From NCBI RefSeq assembly GCF_006345805.1, contig NC_043014.1:2914001-2978000 (forward strand): 64,000 nt of DNA, given 5' to 3'. Shown here in pieces: positions 26,299 to 36,800 of the stretch. The notes beneath the pieces were generated by a model that did not search any database, had not been told where the DNA came from, and saw only the letters and a program-made list of their open reading frames with translations. Made by a program: the position numbers and the translations under genes. This DNA comes from Octopus sinensis. Taxonomy: Eukaryota. Each line of letters opens with the position of its first letter. The stretch's first letter is position 1.

Positions 26299-27785
26299 TG
26301 CTGTTGTTGTAGTTGTTGATGTGTGATGGTGGTGGTGGTGGTGGTGGGAGTGCTGCTGCTGCTGCCATGCCCACCACTGCTGCTTCCGCTTGCATGGCGT
26401 GTGAGCAGAATCTATTTAACGCGCTCGACGTTTCTCTCCTTCGGTGCAGCATTTGGTGAAATCGTGATCGAACCGACCACCCGTCTTTTGTACTTCATTG
26501 ACAACAAATCCGGCAACATTGGAGTCCTTTCCATGGACACCAAACACTATCGGATCCTCATCCAGACCGGATTAAACCACACTTTTGGCCTGGCTATCGA
26601 CCTCTTCTCTGGGTAAGTTATGTTCTTCTCTATATTCCTGGCAGGGTTCCCAAGAAGGGGCCTCCGACAGTAGAATGTAACCCTAGGTAGCACAAGGTAT
26701 ATATATCCCTACCCAGTAGGGGTCTACAGAAGACTGTAATTGCGTGACCATGGCTTAGTGGTCAGGGCATTCGGCTCACAATCATATCATTGTGAGTTCA
26801 ATTCCTGGTGGGGTATTGTGTCCTTAAGCAAGACACTTTATTTCACATTGCTCCAGTCCACTCAGCTGGCATGAGCCACATAAATTTAATCAATGCTGTG
26901 ATTAATTAATTGATTAATTAATCAGAGAGCTGATTCCAGTCCAAATACAGGTGAGATTTGGTCTGTCGGTGAGATGTTTCCCACCCCAGATTTCTTTACT
27001 GATGCTGTTTTCAAAAAAATATTTAAATACATTATTTACATTTGACGGGTATTTATCCTCATCTACAGAATTCCTCATCTCTTAAATACAGAACTGTGTT
27101 CTCTAATTGGTATGGAGCTGACCTTAGACTTCAACGGAGACATATAGAGAAACTCCATCAAAAACTAGCTTGTCTTTCAAACCATATGATAATATTAATA
27201 ATAATAATAATAATAATAATCATAATCGTTTAGCGTCCGCTTTCCATGCTACCATGGGTTGCATGATTTTGACCGAGGGCTGGTGAACCAGATGGCTGCA
27301 CCAGGCTCCAATCTTGATCTGGCAGAGTTTCTACAGCTGGATGCCCTTCCTAACGCCAACCTCTCCGTGAGTGTAGTGGGTGCTTTTTACGTGCCACTGG
27401 CACAGGGGCCAGTCAGGCAGTACTGGCAACGACCTCGCTTGAATCTTTTTACACATGCCACCAGCACAGGTGCCAGTAAGGCGATGCTGGTAACGATCAC
27501 GTTCGAACGGTGCCTTTTACATGCCACCGGCACAGAAGCCAGTTAGCCGCTCTGGCGACGATCACGCTCGGATGGTGCTCTTGGCACCTTACTAGCACAG
27601 GCACAAGTGCCAGTAAGGTAACACTGGTAACAATCACACTTGAATGGTGCCTAGTAATAATAATAATAATAATAATAATAATGTGCCTGGTGTACCTTTA
27701 TCAGACGGGTAGTCATGATGGGTATATTGGGCTTCGTATATTTTACCCCAGTGTCACTTTGATGGCATGCACTGCTCTCTCACTC

Positions 27786-27823
<38 letters not shown>

Positions 27824-30800
27824 CAATAGGAATGAGAACCCTGGTTCAAAATTTCCCCAGGACACCTGATAAAGGCTGGAGGGTATACCAGCCAAAACGT
27901 TGTGTTAACAACAAACAAGATGAGGGCAAATACCCGTCGAATGTAAATAATGTACATAATTCCTCTTCTCTTAAATACAGAACTGTGTTCTCTAATCGGT
28001 ACGGAGCCGACGGTAGACTTCAATGGAGACATGTAGAGAAACTGGCTCGTCCAAAGATAAGGACAAATATCCATCAAATGTAAATAATGTACATAATCCC
28101 TCATCTCTTAAATATAGAACTGTAAAAATTTAAATGCTTAAAATCTTTATAATGCCACATGTGTGTGTGTGTGGAGGAAATGAGATCTGTTGGTTTGCTA
28201 TTTTATCCTCATTGCAGGGCCATCTACATAACATCGATAAAGAAAAACTCAGCATCCCTGTGGAGTTTCCATCCTGTTCACAAAAGCATAAAACACGTCA
28301 TGACTGACTTGAGTGACCCGAGGGGAATTGTCTGGTGGATCGACAGTGAGTATTTCAGTAGGGTTTCAATCAGCACTGCCTTCATGGGTTTAATGGGGTT
28401 CGATGGGGGAGAGGGAGGACAGTGGTGCAGTGGGAGGGGTGAGGTGAGGGTTGTAGTAGCATGGTGGTGGTGGTGGTTGCGGTGATCGCTGCAGTTGATG
28501 AGATAGAGATAAGAGGGAAAATTCATCATGATCAATCATCACCATCAACATCATCAATCACCATCAGTCATCATCATTCATCACCATCAATCACAATCAA
28601 TCATTCATCATTCATCATCAATCATCATCAATCATAATCATCATATATATATATATATATATAAAGTGGCTGTGTGGAAAGTAGCTTGCTTACCAACCAC
28701 ATGGTTCTGGGTTCGGTCCCACTGCATTGCACCTTGGGCAAGTGTCTTCTACTATAGCCTCAGGCTGACCAAAGCCTTGTGAGTGGATTTGGTAGACAGA
28801 AACTGAAGGAAGCCCATTATGTGTGTCTGTGTGTGTGTTTGTGTGTGTGTATATATATATGAATATTTATTTATGTGTGCGTGTGTGTGTCTGTGTTTGT
28901 CCCCTACGCCATCGCTTGACAACCGATGTTGGTGTGTTTACGTCCCCATAACTTAGCCGTTTGGCAAAAGAGACCAGTAGAATAAGTGTACTAGGTTTAC
29001 AAAGAATAAGTCTTGGGTCGATTTGTTTGATTAAAGGTGGTGCTCCAGCATGGCCGCAATTTTATTTATTTATTTTTTTAAATTTTTTTTTTAGGGATTT
29101 ACGTTGCTGTTTCCGGAAACATTGAGGCAGTGAGCACGGATGAGCTTTTGGGTGGAGAGCATGAGGTAGCGGTCAGTAATGTTGACCCTTACGACATTGC
29201 TGCTGACTTCATGTATCTCTACTGGACAGACAAACAGTCCGGAGCAGTTAAGAGGTGAGTGTTGTTGGAATAACAAAGGAATGGGGTCCTTGCTAGGGTT
29301 GTGGGGGCAGGGGACATCATACGGGATGCATTCCAGAAGTTTTGAGACTTCTGAGTTCAAACTCTGCCGAGGTTGACTTTGCCTTTCATCCTTTCGGGGT
29401 TGATAAATTAAGTACCAGTTGCAAACTGGGGTTGATCTAATCGACTGCTCCTGCTCCCCAAATATTTCAAGCCTTGTGCCAAGAGAAGAAAAGAATATCT
29501 TCCTACATTCGGTGGCACATAAAAAGCACCATCCGTACGTGACCGTTGCCAGCGCCGCCTCGACTGGCTTCTGTGCCGGTGGCACATAAAAAGCACCATC
29601 CGAACATGGCCGATGCCAGCACCGCCCTGACTGGCTTCTGTGCCGGTGGCACATAAAAAGCACCATCCGAACGTGGCCGTTGCCAGCTCCGCCTTGGCTG
29701 GCTTCCGTGCCGGTGGCACGCTAAAAGCTCCAACCGATCGTGGCCGATGCCGGAGCCCCCTGGCACGTAAAAAGCACCCACTACACTCGTGGAGTGGTTG
29801 GCGTTAGGAAGGGCATCCAGCTGTAGAAACTCTGCCAGATCAGACTGGTGCCTGGTGCAGCCCCTGGCTTCCAAGACCCCGGTCGAACCGTCCAGCCCGT
29901 GCTAGCGCGGAAAACAGACGTTAAATGATGATGATGATGATGATGATGATTATCTTTTTTCCTACATTATCTTCCAGAATAACCAGGCTGAAAGGAACCG
30001 ACACAAGCATTCTTCTGGAAAAGGACTTCTTCATCCAACCAGTCGGACTCACCATTTTCAAGAAGGAAAACCAAGGTAATGTACATGACAAAAGATAGGC
30101 AAAGGAAGACCATTTTATAGTTCCACAGCTGCCTGTTGGTAAGTATACGGCTGCTTAGTATTTACAAATACAATATTTCCGACTGGCTTCTGTGCCAGTG
30201 GCACATAAAAAGCACCATCCAAACGTTGCCAGTGCCACCTTGGCTGGCTTCCGTGCCGCTGGCACGTTAAAAGCTCCAACCGATTGTGGCCGATGCCGGA
30301 CCCCCCCTGGCACCTGTGCAGGTGGCACGTAAAAAGCACCCACTACACTCGCAGAGTGGTTGGCGTTAGGAAGGGCATCCAGCCGTAGAAACTCTGCCAG
30401 ATCAGACTGGAGCCTGGAGCAGCCCCTGGCTTCCCAGACCCCGGTCGAACTGTCCAACCCGTGCTAGCGCGGAAAACGGACGTTAAACGATGATGATGAT
30501 GATGATGACGAATATAGTTGTATACAACATAAAGACACAAGCATATAGAGGGTAACCTTAGAGGTGTATCCATATGTAGGTAAGAATGAAGTTGCTTAAA
30601 CACACATCTGTTCCACAACCATGAATATACACAAAGAAAAGCACAATGAGGCCTTAACTGTTAGAGTTATAGTGAGAAAATAAGGTATTTTCTGGGTCCG
30701 TAGTAGGACTAATATTCTAAAAGAACAAGTGTTTAATTAAAACTGAAATTAATAATCCATGCAAGGTGAATGGCATGGATGGAAATTCTTCTAGAAAGAA

Positions 30801-33800
30801 CTTCTCCAGTGACTCACCTGTCTGATCTGAAGGTTAAAGAAGTTCTGTTACTCATCATCATCATCATCATCATCGTTTAACGTCTGCTTTCCATGCTAGC
30901 ATGGGTTGGACGATTTTGACTGAGGGCTGGTGAACCAGATGGCTGTACCAGGCTCCAATCTTGAACTGGCAGAGTTTCTATAGCTGAATGCCCTTCCTAA
31001 CGCCAACCACTCCGAGAGTGTAGTGGGTGCTTTTATGTGTAGTGGGTGCTTTTACGTGTAGTGGGTGCTTTAACATGTTACTGTTAAAAATAATTGTTTG
31101 TTTAGAATAAATAAACTCAGAGACTGAAGATTTTCTTTTGTCTGATAGGGGTAGACACGTATATACATAGAAACAGGTAAAAAGAAAAAGCACCCAGTAC
31201 ACTCTGTGAAGTGTTTGGAATTAGGAAGGGCATCCAGTTGGAGAAACCCTGCCAAAATAGGTGACTGGAGCCTGCTCTGTCAAACCGTCCAACCCATGGA
31301 AAATGGACATTAAATAATAATGATGATGATGATGTATACACACAAATATATGCATATACACACACACATATATATATATATGTGTGGTCAAACAGACTTC
31401 AAAGAGGCTGGTGTTGGTCTGCATCGGCAAGACTTTCCTTGTGTAGAAACTGAACCTTTCTCATTTATTTCTTTCAACTTTACCCTGATGAAGGGCTCTG
31501 TCCAAAATGTTCGATTTCCCTCTTCTCAAAGCAAATTCATTCTACACTCTTTATTGATTTTTCTGCAATAACATAAATATATATTCTGTTGTGTCTGGGG
31601 AGAGTCATTTTCTTTTTGTGCCTTACAATATAACACACTCACCGGTAAAATTTCCACTTTTTACTAATTTTTATTTTCCTAAAATTTTCGTTGTCTTGCA
31701 ACCTTTTCAATAGTTTTGACTCTAGAGCCAAAACTATTGAAGGGGTTGCAAGACGCAGTGAAAATTTTAGGAAAATAAAAATAAGGAATAAGTGGAAATT
31801 TTACCGGTGAGTGTGTTATATTATCACTTTGATCACTTTGACCGACCAGTCCGTCAAGTGTCCATTTGACACCGCTGGTCACAGCACGCTGTCCACTTCT
31901 CTCTGGATCGCGCCTTTCTCATCCATGTGATCCCAATTGTCCTCTTGAAATCGTCACTCCACCGTCGTTCAATGGCATAAGGGATGTGCTCAAGGGAAGG
32001 TTAGACAGGACCACCCGCGCCAACCTCATTAGCAGTGCAGTTCTGCCTGCAATGTTATATGGTAGTGAAACATGGGCTACCACAAAGAGAGAAGAGCAAA
32101 GACTGGTAACGGCTCAAAGAGCCATGGAAAGGTCAATGCTTGGTATCTCGTTGAGAGAGCACATAAATAGCAACATCATCAGAAAGAAGTCCGGCATGAG
32201 AGATGTCATCGCAGAGTATACTCGCAGCAAGTATAGATGGGCTGGACACGTCGCCCGGCTCACCGATAATCGGTGTTATATTATAAGGCACAGAAAGAAA
32301 ATGACTCTCCCCAGACACAACAGAATATGCTTCAACACACGAACTCATATAAAGAATCTTGCAAACCAAATCCAAAAACGAAATATATATATATACATTT
32401 ACTCTCATCCACACAGAGACCGTTTACGAAGACTTTAACGGCTTCGTTCCAAGTGAGCTGGAAATAAAGAAATGGATAAAACCATTTTTTGCTGAAGGTA
32501 GGTACTCTTGGTTTCAAAATAGACTCACCTGTGTGTAGGAGTGCAAAAGGTTTACACCTGAGAGACATCTTGTCGATTGATGAGTTTATAAAAGTTACTG
32601 AGAGAGTTATAGCGTGACTGATGAGGACCAGGGTTAGCTAGGATGAAATGCAGGGCATCTTTGTACCGAGAAAGGGTTCTACTTAACAAAGAGGGAGCCC
32701 CTGTGCCTTGCATTTGTGGACCCGGTAAAGGCTTTTGACTGAGTTTTACATTCTCTGATCTGGTTGTTGCCAAGGAAACTGGTGTAGATTCTTTTATTCT
32801 TTTATTTGTTTCAGTCATTTGACTGTGGCCATGCTGGAGCACTGCCTTTAGCCGAACAAATCAACCCCGGGACTTATTCTTTGTAAGCCCAGTACTTATT
32901 ATATCGGTCTGTCTTGCCGAACCGCTAAGTTACAGGGACGTAATCACACCAACATCAGTTGTCAAGCGATGTTCGGGTGGGGGGGCAAACACAGACACAC
33001 AGACATATACATGCATACATACATACATACACTAAAGTTCTTGAAGGTGATGCTCCAGCATGGCCACAGTCTAATGAATGAAGCAAGTAAAAGAGAAAAG
33101 ACGTCTGTATATTTACATCTATATTCTCACACACACACAAACACACTCACACACAAATACACACATGCACACACACACACACACACACACTCACAAATAC
33201 ACACACACACAAACACAAACATTCACACACAAACACACACACACAAACACATACACACACACACAAACACACATACACAGACACACACACACAAACACAC
33301 ACACATACACACACACACAAACACACACACAAATACACACATGCATGCACAAACACACACACACACACACACAAACACATACACACACACACAAACACAC
33401 ACACGCACACACAATCCTAACGAAGGAATTCTCTTCTCTCCTCCCCTGCAACAGGTTTGGGTTACTGTCAGACGCCCCTCGTCCACCTCGGTCGATTGAT
33501 GAACTCGGTGCCAAACATCTGGGTTCCTTCTGGCACGGTGGTCGCCGCTCAGTGCTTCTCCGGTTACATGCCTTCCACTGCAGCGGCCATGGTTTGTCTC
33601 CATGGAAACTGGAGCCATGTTGTTCGATGTATTCCAGGCAAGTCTCTCAGTTTCATTTCTTTTCATCATCGACATCATCACCATCATCATCGCTGTCATC
33701 ATCATCATCATCATTACAACCATCATCATCATCGACATCATCATTACAACTATCATCATTATCATCATCATCGTCATCATAACCATCATCATCATCATTA

Positions 33801-33804
33801 CAAC

Positions 33805-33836
<32 letters not shown>

Positions 33837-36800
33837 CAACCATCATCATCATCATTACAACCATCATCATCATCATTAAACCACCATCATCATCATCATC
33901 ATTATCATTGCAACCATCATCATCATCTTCATGTCCACTTTTCCATGCTTGCACAGCTCAGACCAATTACACAATGGGGTCCGTGCCCCTAAATCAAAAA
34001 CCATCAATGAACCCTTTAGCATTCATCTTACTCTCTCAAACACAAATGCCTTTTTTTTAATCTTAATCTCCCAAATTAATCAAGGGTGGTCACTAAGCTA
34101 GCAGAATCGTTAGCACAACGAGCAAAACGTTTAATGGTAATCCACCCGTCGCTACATTCTGAGTTCAAATTCCACCACGGTCAGCTTTGCCTTTCGTCCC
34201 TTCAGGGTCGATAAATAAAGTACCAGTGAAACACTGGGGTCGATGTAATCGACTAGTCCCCACCCCACCAAAATTTCAGGCCTTGTGCCTTTAGTAGAAA
34301 GGGTTATTTTGTGTTAATCCTGGATTATCTCATAGCTTCAAGATTTCGATGATTTGATTGTTTGTTTTTAGAATGACATTGCAGGGTTGGTGTGAGAGGT
34401 CGGATCTGGCCAGTTTGGGCATAAGACAGGTAGAATATTTTGAGCAGGATATGGAGGGATTAAATGCTGGATATGGAGGGATTAAAGGCTTAAGGATTAA
34501 AGGTGGTCAGCTGGTAGAATCGTTGCAACATCGGAAAAAAGCTTTCTTTTATCTTTTGTTTCAGTCATAAGACTGTGGGCATGCTGGAGCACTGCCTTGA
34601 AGGGGCTTAATTGAACAGATTGGGGATGTAAACACACCAACACCGGTTGTCATGTGGAGACTGGGTGGAGTACAAACACAAAAATATACACACATACACA
34701 TATCGCTTTTACTCCTTTATTTGTTTCAGTCATTTGACTGCAGCCATGCTGGAGCACCACCTTTAGTCGAACAAATCGACCCTAGACTTTATTCTTTGTA
34801 AACCTAGTGCTTATTCTATCAGTCTCTTTTGCTGAACCGCTAAGTTATGAGGACGTAGACACACCGACATCAGTTGTCAAGCGTGGGTAGGTGAGAGAGA
34901 ATACAAGATCTCAATCGTACGTTTTGAATTCAGGGTGGCACCGGTCATTGGACATAGTTTTTCTGATGCCTTTTGATCAGATTTTTTCAGGGCTCTCAAA
35001 TTTAGAATCCTGAAATACTGTGCTGAAGAGCAAGAATGATGGAATGGAAATGTGGTTTTGGCATTTTCCATATCTATCTAACCCCGAAACATGTCCACAG
35101 TTAATCAAATATATATATATAATGAAATTATTGTATACAGTGCTCAGGTGCACCACAACTTGTCAGAAAGTGCGTATAAAGTATATGCAGTAATGTATAA
35201 ATGTCTGGAAAGCGAACAGTGTATGACTCGGATACATGCTTGTGTGTGTATGGAGGGGAGAAAGATCAGGTGTAGTGTTGGCGAATCTCAGGAAGCATGG
35301 AAGTTTTGAAGGATGCAGTGCTCCGACAACTAACAACCGATGCCGGCAGTTTGTTCCACGCTTCAGCAACTCTCAGCGTGAAAAACCAGGTGGATTCGTT
35401 AGTTTTTTTCTCTTTGCCTACCTTGATTGTTTTTGAGTATATGTTGTCTGGGAGATTTTCTTATGGTAGAGAAATACCTAGTTTTTTGGCTGCTATTTCT
35501 AAATTTCTGTATGTGATGAAGCAAATTTTTTTGCTGAACCCTAATTATAATTATACTCATAATTATAAATATTATTATATATACATACATTTTTTTTTTA
35601 CTTGTTTCAGTCATTTGACTGCGGCCATGCTGGAGCACCGCCTTTAGTCGAGCAAATCAACCCCAGGACTTATTCTTTGTAAGCCCAGTACTTATTCTAT
35701 CGGTCTCTTTTTGCCGAACCGCTAAACACACCAGCATCGGTTGTCAAGCAACGCTAGGGGAAAACACAGGCACACAAACATATATATATATATATACATA
35801 TATACAACAGGCTTCTTTAAGTTTCCGTCTACCAAATCCACTCACAAGGCTTTGGTTGGCCCGAGGTTATAGTAGAAGACACTTACCCAAGATGCCACGC
35901 AGTGGGACTGAACCCGAAACCATGTGGTTTGTAAGCAAGCTACTTACCACACACCCACTCCTACGCTACGAAAGGGTACATATATATATATATATATATA
36001 TATACACGTGTGTATGTATATATAATGTTATAATAAAAACCACAAGCTTTGTTAATTACACCTACCTAGGGTTTTGTGGCCCCAACATTCATTTCACTGT
36101 GTGTGTGTGTGTCCCCTACCAATCCTTGATAATTGGTGTCAGGTATGTTTACGTCCCCACAACTTAGCAGTTTGGCAAAAGAGACCAATAGTATAAGTAC
36201 CAGGATGAAAACAAAAAAAAAATGTATTGGAATTGATTTATTCAACTAAAATTACTCGACACGGTGCTGCAGCATGGCCACAGTCTCACGACTGATTCAG
36301 ATAAAAGACTAAAGTCAAGACTGACAGGGTTGCTGTTTCTTGTTTAGATCCTGAGCTGCCCCTTCATGGAGACCTGAAGAAAGGGTACATCAAGTTCACG
36401 TCCAGTCGTCTCTTCATTGTACCCATTGCTTTAAATTACATCAACGTGATGTGCATTGGAGCCGGAGGCGGAGGATACGATGGTAAAAGTGCCTACGGAA
36501 AGGCTGGAGACGGGTGGCCATCCAAGTTCAAAGGTCTCGTAGCCGAGGGTGGAAAAGGTGGAAGTAAGACAGAAGGTAAGTCAGATGTACTTCATACCTT
36601 CTTATCATCATCCTCATCATCAACAACATCTAATGTCCACTTTTCCATGCTTGCATGCATTGGACAGAGTTTTGCTGGAGCAGATTTTCTTGCAACCGGA
36701 TGCTCTTCCTGGTCCCAACCCTCACCTGTTTCTGTACGATCTGTCAGGTTTTTCCACAGAAGACTAGTAAACAAACCACCCCGCTTGTATGACAGTCATG

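Noticed and set aside
32618-32655. CTGATGAG...GAAA hammerhead-like string
   Set aside because: No stem II or stem I pairing; it lies within a degenerate RT coding fragment.
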